64,000 nucleotides of DNA from Paramecium tetraurelia (lineage: Eukaryota): contig CT868003.1 in assembly GCA_000165425.1 (NCBI GenBank), forward strand, positions 62,001 to 126,000, written 5' to 3'. A program made the position numbers and the translations under genes. The notes under the pieces are model-generated. The model was not told where the DNA came from. It saw only the letters and a list, made by a program, of their open reading frames with translations, and ran no database searches. Shown here piece after piece: positions 1 to 12,282 of this stretch; position 1 is the stretch's first letter, and every line of letters begins with the position of its first letter.

Positions 1-506
1 AAAAGATTTTAAATTTTTGTTTTTACTAAATCACTCAAAACACTAGTTCAAAACAATTGAAATGAGATTACAACATGTAGATTGTATTGCCACTTGGATT
101 CTTATTAATTTCTGGATCAAACTAGAAGATAATCAAAATTAATTTGTATTCCATAGAGGAATGGTAAATTGGTTAATTTGATTGCAAATAATAGAAAATA
201 TTTTTCAAAAGATATAAAATCCTAAGATAATTGAAATAGTATTTATAGACTTGATGAACACTAAAAATAACACTATTATATTTTGAATAAAAATTAGTAG
301 CTTTACTTGAATGTAGATTATAAAAATGACGGTTATTCCTAAATACTAATCGAAGAAACTTATATGACTATGGGATTTAAGTGTTCGTAGTTTAACTTCT
401 AATATAAAAATATATATTATCAGAAATTATGGTTATACCACAGAACTGATAATTTTAAAGCTAATTGTATTCATTTCATTTTTATAATAAAAGTTTATTT
501 TTAGAA

Positions 507-1351
507 ATGAATGATCCTATTCATAATAAAGAGCTCAGACAGAAACTAATTCCATTGGGTTCTCTCGATCCCTTGAGAATTTAGATACAAATAGTTTGAA
601 AGAAGATCTTAATAAAAGCATTGAATTGGGGCGCAAAAAGAGAAAACAGTTGACTCTTGATAATCCTGAATTTAACATCAAGCAAGAGATTGAGGATGAG
701 AAATAGAACATTAAGGTGCAAACCCTCATAAGGAGGGGAATAGCAGATGGTCTAAAGATGTAAGAATTATGTACAATATTAATGTTTATTTGTAAGTAAA
801 GTTGAAGGTTTCAGCGAAAGACAATAACAACCCTGTTCACAGTCTCTTTAGATGGTGCATGCTAATACTTTATAAGGAGAATCCAGAGATATATAATTGG
901 TCAGAGTTTAAAGTAAGAACGAGTTTAGATTTTGTTAGAAAAAAGTTCTTGAAAAGGAAAACGGTCAAGACCTTCGCAATCGTTTGGGATATCAAAGTGT
1001 TATTCATATAACCTAATTGGAAGGAGAGAAAACAAAATATTTGTTAAATTTAAAAAAACCAATTTTAGAACAAAATAGTAAACCTGAAGAACTGTAGTGG
1101 GTACTATTGAAAATATTTGATATTGTTGAAATAATCTATAAAACACATGAGCATGCGAAAAGAATTAATTAACTTGTTGATGATTTGTTGATGGTAATTG
1201 AATTTCGTTATGCAATCTATAGCAAGAGAGCAAAATCAAGCAATACTAAGAGGATATTGACAAGGTGAATTAAGAAATTCAGGTAGCCAAGACTAGCCTG
1301 AAGAGTTTGGAAAGCAAGTCTTTGAATGATGATGAGATCGTTCAGGAATGA
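507..1351 (+). CDS. Hypothetical coiled-coil protein with a central globular segment (~245 aa, 4 tiny introns)
   Basis: Ciliate-code translation MNDPIHNKELRQKLIPL/DTNSLKEDLNK...RWCMLILYKENPEIYNWSEFK/KKVLEKENGQDLRNRL...EIVQE-TGA. The frame is restored by GT-AG introns near 559-584, ~770, ~912 and ~1194. Confidence 0.6.
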
Positions 1352-1678
1352 TATTATAATTATTATAATTGTTCTTAAAAAAAGAATTTTAATCAAAAGA
1401 TTGATACTCCAAAAGGAGAGTCAACTTAATACTGAATGTAGTTTACTATTTTCTCGATAATTAGAAAAATCAAAATAAAAGATAGTTTTATAATAAGTGA
1501 GGATGAATGCATAATTTTGAAATTGATTATTATAAAATTAAATATATATAGTAGAGATTTAATATATATTATAAAGGAACAACTTGATATTAGTAGTTAG
1601 TTTGTAAATGTATTTATATGATGAATAATAAATTATATATTGTATTGCTTAAAACGGATACTCATTAATTAATTTTAG

Positions 1679-3130
1679 ATGAAATAGCTAGTCGTATTAG
1701 CATTAATGCTAAGCTTGGCTTTGAGTACAAGCATAACATCACCTTAACTATTGGTGGAATTGTAGGCAAGAACTGAAAATGTGATAGACGATGGAGTTGA
1801 TCTATTGGAACAACTTCTTGCTACAACAGAATAGTAATATGAGCAAGTCATCCAAGAGAATGAAGCTGAATAGCAACAATTAAAAGATTAAGTGGCTTCA
1901 AAAGAGTAATAACTTTACGATCTTTAAAACACTTGTATGGTGATGTCTGACGACTTGGCCTTGCTCAAATAATAAATTGAATTACATGGAGATGACACAG
2001 CATACTTCAGAAATGAAATCATAAAAGACAATCGTAGAATTGAAGTACTTGAAGAGCTTCGTTGCTAATAAAGCAAGAATTGGTTGAATTTCATCAAATC
2101 AAGCAAATACATTCTTAATTTGATTGAGTTTTTAAGAAGAGCCATTTAGAATTATGGATCATTCGCTGAGATCTAAAACTTTTCAGTGATGTTGGAGACA
2201 CTCAGCAGAGAAGTTGATGATAATGAACTATTGAACTCTCTTTAAGCAGTTAGTAAATCAAGAGCAATTACTCCAGTTAGATAGGAATTACTATAATTGC
2301 TTGATTAGATTGAAGAATCCATCAAGGCCAAGATCAATACAAGTTAAACTGACGAAGTAATTAATTAATCTTATCTAGATTCTGTCAACATCAAGAATTG
2401 CTGATTATTTACATTAGCTCAAATAAGAAATCGCTTGGTATGAGAATGAAGTTGCCAAACTCAATGAAGCTTGGGGAGATTCACCAGAAGAAACAGTAAA
2501 ACAAAGATAAAAGGAATTGGACACATGTGAAAGTGGAATCAATGCTAAAATTGAAGAAGCTAAAGAATTCAGAAATCACGTGAGTGAATAAATTATTCAT
2601 AATGAATCCAGATAAGCTCGTTTCTTAGAGTAAAAGGACTTAGTTGCCTAATTGATTGTTGAATATTAAAATGCCTTCAATAAAATTGGAGAGACCTACA
2701 AAATTAGAATCGATGATTATGTTGAAGATGGAGTATTTGACAAGACTGTTGATTTTGATAAAAGGTATCAATTAGATATACATATTGTAGATCATTAACT
2801 GACCTCTATGGAGATAAGGAGAACAATTTCGAATAATACGTAGATGATTTAGTAAGTGGTGTTGCTACTCCAGTTGAAGTACCAGTAGTTGAAGAAGATC
2901 CAGAACTATCAGGTGTTTTTGAAGGTGGAAGCGAGTCAGAAAGTGAAGAGGCTGAATCTGCCGAAGAAGTAGAGGAGACTGTTACTGAAGGAACACAAGA
3001 GAGTGCTACTGAAGAAGTAGTTGAGACCGCAACAGAAGAACCAGTTGAGACTACAACTCAACCAGAGGTTGAAACTACAAATGAAGAAACCAATCATTTT
3101 GAATAAGGCGAAGTTCAACAATCTGTTTGA
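1679..3130 (+). CDS. Secreted trichocyst matrix protein-like (TMP/Grl-like) precursor with acidic E/T-rich C-terminal tail
   Basis: Signal peptide MKQLVVLALMLSLALS, long acidic heptad helices with few Cys (LEELRCQQSKNW), an SFAEIQ processing-like site, RIDDYVEDGVFD and an EEVVETATEEPVETTTQ tail. Two introns (~2357, ~2764). Confidence 0.65.
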
Positions 3131-3203
3131 TTCTATTAAAATAAATAAATATTTATATCAAGACACAAAATAGTGTGCAAAATTATTCACCTAAAGAATT
3201 ATA

Positions 3204-4249
3204 ATGAGTATGACTATTCACTATTAAAACTGGGATCATAATTTCGCCAGATTAAATCTTAAGATTAAATGTTTTATAGATGAATTAGAATCATCTAAAA
3301 TTTGTATTGATTGTAATTTTTAATAGACTGTTGATGCAATTTATGAGGAACATGTTACATCATTTCAATATTTATATAGAATTGAAAAGACACAAAATAA
3401 TTTAGTTGATTTTATTATCTATATTATTTAGATCTTTTTAAAATAAATAAAAAATATGAATATCTTAAATAATTCACTGTAAGAGCCTTAAAAACCTTAA
3501 TCTCCTTAATCCTATTTTGTTAAATTCAACTCACCTTACACAATCAATAAATTTATGAATTTCCTTAAAGCAATTATTCCTATAGCATTGATATTTAGGT
3601 TTATTAGACTAAGACAAAGTTTAAAGCTCCGATAGAGCTTTAAGAATTCAGCTGCTAAATTGGGTTATTTTTTAAAGGTTAAATATACGAAATAAACACA
3701 AATTTAATTGAATTAAGGAGAAATTTTAATTTAAAAAATCTTTAATTTACCTGCTTAGAGAAGATTATATTTATAAAGCTGAATAATTTTCTACCGATAT
3801 TTTTCTATATTTAAAACAAATAGAATAAAGGAAAATTAAGACGAACATGTTAATTAGGCAAATTAGCTTCAGATCTTCGAATATTAATTATGTCATCAAC
3901 TATGAGAATGATAATAAGATATTATTAGACCCTCTTCCTTCTAAATTTCTTTAGTTGATTACCATAAAGGAATTTTTGTAAATGAAAGAGGTTGAAATTT
4001 AGAGTGTATGAAGGATATCTTGGAAATAAGATATATTCCTCATTAATTCAGAATTTAACAAAGGTTACTTCAATAAAAATACTTTTTTATGAACTCTTGT
4101 TTTTAGTATCTAGTATTTTAATTATTGCTAATAATAAATCAAGATTATGTGAAGAAATATATCCAAAGAATGTAATGAAGAGCAATAATTATATTAATAT
4201 AGTAAATTAAAATATATTAAAATATGGAAAGGTTATTAATGGAGAGTGA
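3204..4249 (+). pseudogene. Degenerate or hypothetical coding region; frame not continuous
   Basis: Long open segments in successive different frames, with TGA stops near 3780 and 4009 that I could not bridge with normal-sized introns. No recognisable domain. Confidence 0.3.
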
Positions 4250-4337
4250 ATTTGATGTATATTTTATTTTAATGTCGATAATAATGGTATTTGATAATTA
4301 TCACATTTTAGTTTATAAATTAAATAAATATAATTAA

Positions 4338-7300
4338 ATGGGTTAGCCTAGTCTTAGGTACTCTAAACCTCCAGATGATGCTTTGCTAATTTCCTTACCC
4401 ATTAGAAATAGTCTAGAAGTAAAGTTCAATCCTAATAATTCGATAGGCTGTTGTAGTGAGACTGGATCGTTCTGCTTAATATCCTCCTCTAGACACAAAG
4501 GAATGGGGGTAATTCCTGTATTAAATTAACCTTCCTTTGGATAAGAAAAATAAGCTGAATCTTCTTAATGATAGTACAAAACCTTAATAATATATAGATT
4601 TCAAAGCGCAAATTCTATATTAGTATCTAAAATCAAAAAAGAAGAATGTTGAGCCTGCCATTTTGGGGACCGAAGAAGGACTTGAAGACTTATTGGTTTA
4701 TTTGCGATCATTATCAAAATAAGACTTATCCAAATATATTGTGGAAAAAAATCTTATTGAGAAATTAACAAAGCTATGTCAAACTGATTGCGAAGGTCAT
4801 CACGATAAAGAAGTATTAAATCATATTATTGATAGTGTCTTATTTTAAATATCATATTATTGGCATTAGAATCTGATAACAATCTCGAAATCCCGACTTC
4901 TTCGTTAAACGAATTCTGCATGATCTTGAATCCCCTTCACATTGTAAACTTTTCGTTAATACTTGAAATTTATGTGTTGATTTGCAAATTTTAGACTGAT
5001 GAGCGCATGCTTCAAATAGCTTTAGCGTGGTTGGAAATGAAACGTCAAGGACATTGGAATTATCCCATTGAACCTTTCATCCAACTGCTTTAATCCAATA
5101 AAAGCGTGTTTGCAATAGCCAACATGTGTAGATTTCTTAATTACTTTATGGAAGCCCATGCAGACTAAACTTATAGCTATAAATTGAAGAAGAGTTTCAT
5201 CTAATACGGACTAAGAATCTTACTTTAGGATGTGAAGAGCAAAATACAAAGTGGAAGTTATTAATTGCAAGATTGCACATATGCAGCTATGGATTAGCAA
5301 TTAATGGAATAATACTTGATGCTAAAAGATAATCCAGCAAGAAAACGAAAGGTGTTACCTCCAGATGGAAAACCTGTAGAATTAAGCATTTGTGCCAAAC
5401 TATGTCACGAATTGTTTATCGATTTGAATAACACTAATGCTTCTACTAAGTTTTAAAAGGTATGCGAAGAAGCTACGGCACAAATAGATGCATTTCTTTT
5501 TTTAACAGAGGACATTGATGAAGAATTGAAAGGTCATAAGGGGCCAACCTAGAAGGATAATAATATTAGTCAATTTCGAAGACAACAATCTATCTCCAAC
5601 ATTTATGAAGTTGAAGATTCATAAGAAATTAGAATCCCCAATTTAGACTATAATTAACTTAACACATAAGTGAGAGAAGCCCCCACAATTTAAGAGACTG
5701 TTAAAATCCTTGATGATTACGTTACCTAACAAGCTAATGTTGGAGTGAATCCAGTATCTTAACTAATTCAAACAACAGCTCAAAAACTCTTGGAATTAAA
5801 AAAGAATGATCCTACACATTTAGAATTAGTAGAAGCTGAAAAAAAATGCACATAATTAGAATAACAGTTGAGAAAGATCTATGAATAAAAAGATAAGTAT
5901 TTTTAAGAGATGAAAGAACTAGAAAGTAAATTAGAATAATAATCTAAACTTATTGAATAATTACAATCAGCAGCCCCAGCTTCATAGGTAAGTACTACCA
6001 TCTCAGCTCCAAACCCACCTTAAATAGCACCTCCACCACCTCCTCCTCCACCACCACCTCCTCCAGGAGGTTTATTAACTGCGCCACCTCCTCCACCGCC
6101 GCCACCTCCCCCTCCTCCTCCTGGGGGTTCATTAACTGCACCTCCTCCACCACCACCACCTCCTCCTCCTGGAGGCAGACTTCCACCTCCTCCTCCACCT
6201 CCTCCTGGTGGAATGCCTCCTCCTCCTCCTATGCCTGGAAGAGCTCCTCCTCCTCCACCAGGAGCAGCTAAACCAGGAAAATAGAAATGCAATCCAACTA
6301 AGCCAATGAAATAAGTTCCGTGGGTTTTGATTAAAGAAGACAAGATAAAGGGAACAATTTGGGAGAAATTAGATGATAAAAAGATTAAATTAGATGTGGA
6401 ATTATTAGAGGAGAAGTTTTCAAGACCAGAACCTACTCAGAGATCGCAATCTACTATAGTACAACCTTTGAAACCATAAAAAGTATCGTAATTATCCTCA
6501 GAGAGATGTAAAAATGTAGAACTTGTCATTTCAAGATTAAAACTAAGTGCTTTTACATTGAAGGAGGCACTTTTGGCAATAGATTATGATGTGTTAACGG
6601 AAGATAAAGTTGGTATGTTAATAAATGCAGTTCCTGAGAAGGAAGAGTAGGAACTATTTTTACATTATTAGCCTGAAGATATTAATTTAGTGGCAGTTCC
6701 TGATTAATTCTTTATGGATTTAAGTCCAATTCCATAAATAAAATTGAGAGTGGAGGCAATAACGATTGCATATGAATGGAAAGAATTAGCCTCAACAATA
6801 ACGGCAAAATAGGAGAAGATTAAGGTTGGAATTAAAATGTAGAGAGAAGATGAGAAGCTTCCCATTTTATTGGAATATTCATTGGCACATGGAAATTACT
6901 TGAATGGGCAATCAGCCAAAGGAGGAGCTAGTGCATTTAAATTGGACATAATGTCTTAATTGGATGATGTTAAATCAAATGACAATAAGACAAATTTATT
7001 GATTGTGATTTTGGAGAAAGTTGAAAGAGAAATTGGGTGTTTGTATGACGTTGAATTTTTGGCAAAGATAGATTATGAATTCTTATCGAAAATTTCATTG
7101 TAAACAATAGGATAAGATTTGAATGAATTAAAAAGAATGTAAAGAGTGGTTGAAAGAGCCTAAAAGTCATAGGGAGAAGATTCTAATGACAAAGCAGCCG
7201 AAAAGTAAAAATTCAACTAAATTTTAATTTAGATTCAAGATTTTATTTGATCAGTTAGAAGAGACTTGTGGGACAATTGACAAAAATAATAAAGACCTAG

Positions 7301-7693
7301 ATTTGGTATACAAAGATTTGTTGAATCATTATTGTGAAGATTAAAAAACCCAGTCTGACGAGTTTTTTTAGAAAATCGAAAGAATATGGACAGATTATAA
7401 AAATGTAAGAACATATTGATCATTAGGCTAAAGCATAAATGGATAGAACTAAGCAAGCTTAACAAAAAGAATAAGAAAAGTTGATGAGATCCTAATCTAA
7501 TTTAGTCTAGTCATAAATGCTAATGTCTTCATCAATAACGCAAATGAGTCAAAACGAACCAATTAAGTAAGAGGAGAAGGCCTCACCAGCTCCAGTAACG
7601 GAGAAGAAGGATCCAAAGGAAGTATTGGCGGAATTGAAAATGTTGCAATCAAAGAAAGCCGAATTAGCAGCGAAGAGATAATAACAAAAATGA
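4338..7693 (+). CDS. Formin (FH1 + FH2) actin nucleator
   Basis: Polyproline FH1 (~6030-6260) followed by FH2 motifs KPMKQVPWVLI..IKGTIWEKL and LAHGNYLNGQSAKGGASAFKLDIMSQLDDVKSNDNK. Coiled coil before FH1, several tiny introns. Confidence 0.93.
6028..6260 (+). repeat. CCN-rich polyproline repeats encoding formin FH1
   Basis: Units such as GGLLTAPPPPPPPPPPPPP-GGSLTAPPPPPPPPPPP-GGRLPPPP. The poly-Gly ORFs in the track are the antisense shadow. Confidence 0.9.
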
Positions 7694-7787
7694 AAGTGAT
7701 TTATGTTAATATATCAAACGTGATTAAGTTTAATAAAAGATAAGAATAAATGGATACTTTATTCATGCTAAATTATTTATTTAAATC

Positions 7788-8868
7788 ATGATATTTGGAA
7801 TTTTTGCTTTGTTATCTACATTGATTTGGGCTGAAACTGCCACAAGCGAAGTGACCAGAGATTATTGCTCTCTTCCTGATCCAATTTATGCGGACGGTGT
7901 TTCAGCAGCAGATTTTGGTGCAGCAGGTTGGAGTTATGCTAACGCTGCAACCTGGGCAGGTATTTAGGGATGATATATCAGATTTTGTTGTAACGTGCGG
8001 GGGTAGTTTCTAATCTCCTATAGACATCGTCACAAGTGGAAGTACTCAAGAATCTGTTCAACCACAAATCAACTATAAAAGTAAGGACGCTAATACTGCT
8101 TATGAAGAAGCAAACAGTAATAAATTTGATGACATAATTTTAGAGCCATACACCAAAGAATATGAAGGAGAGTACTCAGAAATAGAGGTAACCGATGCCT
8201 CTGGTTCTGTCATTCGTTATTATGCCAAATAATTCCACATTCACACACCATCAGAACATACTATAGATGGTAAATATTATGATTTGGAAATCCATTTTGT
8301 TCATCAAGTAAATATAACATCATTCTAGGCTATCCAAGATGATGAATAAGATTGTAACAAAGTCAAAAATAAACTAACTGTATTCGGAATTATGTTTTAA
8401 GAATCCTCAAGTGCTACGGATTACGACGTATTTAAACCATGGTTCGATTCCAATGCTACAGGGGAGGTCGAATCCTTTGATTTAAAGTAACCATTTTACA
8501 ATCTAAATTAGTGATTTCTTCTCCAAAATGTCTGATAACACCTATTATCATTATAATGGAAGTCTAACCACACTTCCTTGTTCATAAACTGTCAATTGGG
8601 TCGTATTCTAATAAGCGTTACCTATTTCATCAACCTAATTGAAATAGTTTTAGGATTTCCTCGGTGACTCTACTGTGTTCCCAATTAAACACAATAACAG
8701 ACCCATCTAACACTTAAATGGAAGAAAGATTTTGAAAGGAGTAATTTAAATTCATAATATAATTAGACTGCCATTGCTGCAAGTGTAACTGAGATACCAG
8801 ATGTGGAAGCCTCATTTGCTTAGACACTTGCTATGGCTATTTTAATGACCGTCTTTTTGATTTAATGA
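7788..8868 (+). CDS. Alpha-class carbonic anhydrase, secreted, probable GPI anchor
   Basis: Signal peptide, WSY, QSPIDI, QFHIHTPSEH, LEIHFVH (three Zn-binding His), YNGSLTTLPC, NNRPIQ, and hydrophobic C-terminus SFAQTLAMAILMTVFLIQ. Three introns. Confidence 0.93.
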
Positions 8869-8988
8869 GAAATTATAAATAAATATAAATTATACAAATT
8901 TTATAAATATTTATTATAAAAACTAAATTAAAATATTCTAATTACATTAAGCTAAACTGAATATATTAATAAATGATGACCCAAAATA

Positions 8989-9806
8989 TCAAACTCCTTT
9001 TTCTGCATAAACATGATTTGTCTTTTGAAATAAACATACACAAGAGGTCATCGCCACTCCAATAAATAACCCTATGATCCCAAACACCAAAGCATGATTT
9101 ACATTAACTCTCGTCATTTTCCTCATCTACCCCAATTTGATATTCAATTCTGCTGTTTTCTATTGCAAAGTCTAGATTTCCTTTTCCACCCCTTTGATTG
9201 TCCCATTAAAAGTATTGGCTTCCGTAATTTACAATTAAATAAATTGCGATATCTTTATTTCTTCTTCTTTTTTTATTTCTTGCTCTTCAAATTCAATTTC
9301 CTTCTATTTCTCCAATTCCATCATCTCTTTTAATCGTTACTCTTATTATTCTTGCTCCCTTAACATCTTCTCCATTTTTTATTTTCCAGACTCTGCCAGC
9401 GAGTCAATCCATTAAACAAAGAATTCAAATCTCCTGTGATTCTCAAACTATGAAGTCGGTTTATCCTATCCAGGAGGAAAGTAAAAAATTGTTGGAAATG
9501 AATGCACCCCAAAATGATGACAAATATGCCTATTTTGTTACTCTTCACAATTCATCTTAGCAATCAAGATATCTGGCCTGGTTGCTTTGTAGTGTTCAAA
9601 CACTTAATTAAATTCTCCTGCCATATGTTGACAATATATACACCACGGAGTAAAGAAATCTAATACAACCTGTTTCGTTAAATACTTACATGTTTCTACT
9701 TCCCCAAGTGTTATTGATAGTTATTTGCAGCCAATGTGAATGCTAAAGTGCTATGGTACCAATCTGCATTAACATCAAATAGTAATATTAGCAATACAAT
9801 AATCAT
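8989..9806 (-). CDS. Membrane-anchored thioredoxin/PDI-like protein (TMX-like), WCIYC active site
   Basis: Signal peptide MIIVLLILLFDVNA, VLDFFTPWCIYCQHM, FGVHSFPTIFYF (cis-Pro loop), E/K-rich coiled coil, TM ALVFGIIGLFIGVAMTSCVCLF, tail ending AEKGV. 20-nt intron GTAAGTATTTAACGAAACAG. Confidence 0.85.
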
Positions 9807-9819
9807 AATATTTATTTTA

Positions 9820-10399
9820 TCAACTCATCATGAAAATCCTACTTGAAATGTCTGTCACTATCCAATCGATTCCTTCCAACAATCCATCCCCAGTAACTGC
9901 TGAACATGCAATAATACCCCAATGTCTTGTTTGTATGAGATCTAATTCCAAATACTCTCTTATTTATTGAAGACTTAAAGATTTTGGTACATCCTATTTA
10001 TTACAAAAAATCAATAATGTTGCTCCTATCAATTTCTCTTATTTCAACAAATTTTATAATTCCTTTTTGCAATCATCTAAACGAGCCTTATCAGTAGAAT
10101 CTACCACCCATATTAACCCATCTGTCTGTTCAAAATAATTCTTCCAATATGATCTTATTGTTTGTTACCCACCAACATCTAGCATAATTATAGAATGTGT
10201 TACCCCAACAATTAAGCTTATAACCATTATAAGAAAGTGTTTTGATATTGAAACCCAAAGTAGGTGATATTTGAGAAATGTCTTCGCCGTTGAATTTTTT
10301 CAGTATTGTTGTCTTTCCCGCATTATCTAATCCCAAAATCAATAGTCTCATCTCCTTTTCTCTCTCCTTTGTCTTTTTGATAATTTTCAAAAGTCCCAT
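9820..10399 (-). CDS. ARL2: ADP-ribosylation factor-like GTPase 2
   Basis: [83 protein letters not shown]. One 25-nt intron. Confidence 0.95.
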
Positions 10400-10458
10400 T
10401 ATAAAAGAAATTAATTATATATGTATATGTTTCACTATGATTATAAATTATCTCATAA

Positions 10459-11628
10459 TCAATTCCAATACATGCTAATTAAAAAATCATTAATCTTTAT
10501 TATTTACTCTTTATCCAAATAATAATTTTTATTTTGCTCCATTGCCAGCCATATACCATTTGAACTATTCTTCCAATTTCTCTACCGAGCATTTTCATAT
10601 TATCCATCAAAAATTATCCATTTCTTTGTTTTATGATGGTACCCTATCATACCATGATAACTAGAAACCGACTTATCATTTAGTACTATATCAGATGTTT
10701 AAACTCTTCCAATAGAAAAAAAGCAAATAGATCTTTTAGACTTATTAATCGACAATGCATTCCTCGATAAATAAACTGGTAATGATTGTCTACGCCTATT
10801 AAATAATTATGCGCGATTTAAGCTCTCAGGTGAAGGTGTTCTTTTTGATTTTTCAACCAGCAAATAACTTTAATCCAAATTATTTTCTGAAATTCTTATG
10901 ATTATACAGGATTTAGAATAGAATTCATCAAATTCCTTAAAAATATACTTAAATTATTACTTTCTTCAATTGTACTGAATTCAAAGTCTAATAAAATTCT
11001 TTCTCTGTGATTTTCCGCTCAAAAGATTATTTAAATAGTGCATCCATACCAGAACCCAAGCCTACCACTTTTTTATTATTCGTAATCTCAAATAATCGAG
11101 GGCTATCCAAAAAATCTCCAAAAAGTTGATTATTTTATTTTACTGTTAATTTTGATGTCTTGCCAATAATAAATACTTTGTTTTTAATTAGTTCTTGATT
11201 TTCGCATTATCTTGATATGTTTATTAAACTTGGATATCCTCGTCTACCAGAAATATCTTTGAGTTTCAATTTTTATTTAGGAACAATTGCAAATTCTCCA
11301 ATTCTAGAAATTATATTCTATGGAACGTCATAGCTCCTTAGAACTTAATTGTATTGATTTTAAAATTCGGAATTGTTTACTGGTATCAACAACAAAGAGG
11401 AGTCAAGTTCAAATTAATCTCCACTAGAACTGACTCCAAAAGGTATAAATACATAATTTTCATTGCCTCCAGAATTCCCTATTTTATATTCTACAAATTC
11501 TAAAATAATATACTTTAACCATCAATTGGGATTACTTTGTTAAATCTAGATCTGTCTTCATTCTCAACTCTAATGGTAATTCTCCTTAATCTCTTCTATA
11601 AAAAATAATAAAATACATTGTGGTTCAT
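10459..11628 (-). CDS. FHA-domain protein (C-terminal FHA)
   Basis: FSIGRVQTSDIVLNDKSVSSYHGMI...WIIFDG...SSNGIWL matches the FHA GR / SxxH / NG motifs. Three tiny introns; start codon approximate. Confidence 0.75.
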
Positions 11629-12282
11629 CTGTTTATGAGTAAAAATTATTTATAAATATTTATTATATCTCACTGACATTAAGAGCAACTTAAGAGTACG
11701 TTTATAATTTATTATCATAAGCCTATACATTAAAGATAAAAACTAAGTTGGATTTCCATTTTCAAACTTTACTCAAACATGAATATAAATGAGGGGAAAT
11801 CTCTTGAAGAAAAATTTAGATCTTATTTATTATAAATTTGACCGCAAAGACTTCCAAATGTGGATTTCCAATAAACTATTCTTAGTTTAAGTCAGATAGA
11901 ATTTATAAAATAATAATATATATTGAGAATATTAAAAATAAAAAAATAGGCACTAATATTAATTTTTCAAAATATACTAAAGTTCGGGATGGTATTCCTT
12001 AATAAAATCTACTTGCTTCAAATAATTAACATCTAAATTACTTCACTTGTTTGATCATCTTAAAACCTTGTCTTCAATTCCTAATCATTGAGTAAATTAA
12101 CAATAAAAGCAATGATCACTGTATTGTTCTTAAGCATTTTAATTTTTTATGTATAAAATAATTGAGTTAATGTCTACTTTCATTTTTTATGTATTGTCTT
12201 TGGAAAACTAAACATGAATTTGCTTTATATATTAATGATATATTTAAATGTTATAATCTTTCAATGCCATTATTATGTTATA

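Noticed and set aside
1..500. Coding-like sequence at the window start
   Set aside because: I could not build a continuous frame with plausible introns and saw no motif.
5995..6343. Poly-Gly and poly-Glu/Val minus-strand ORFs in the track
   Set aside because: Antisense shadows of the formin FH1 polyproline region.
11890..12138. Short minus-strand ORF MLKNNTVIIAFIV...
   Set aside because: Short, very AT-rich and motif-free; cannot be distinguished from chance.
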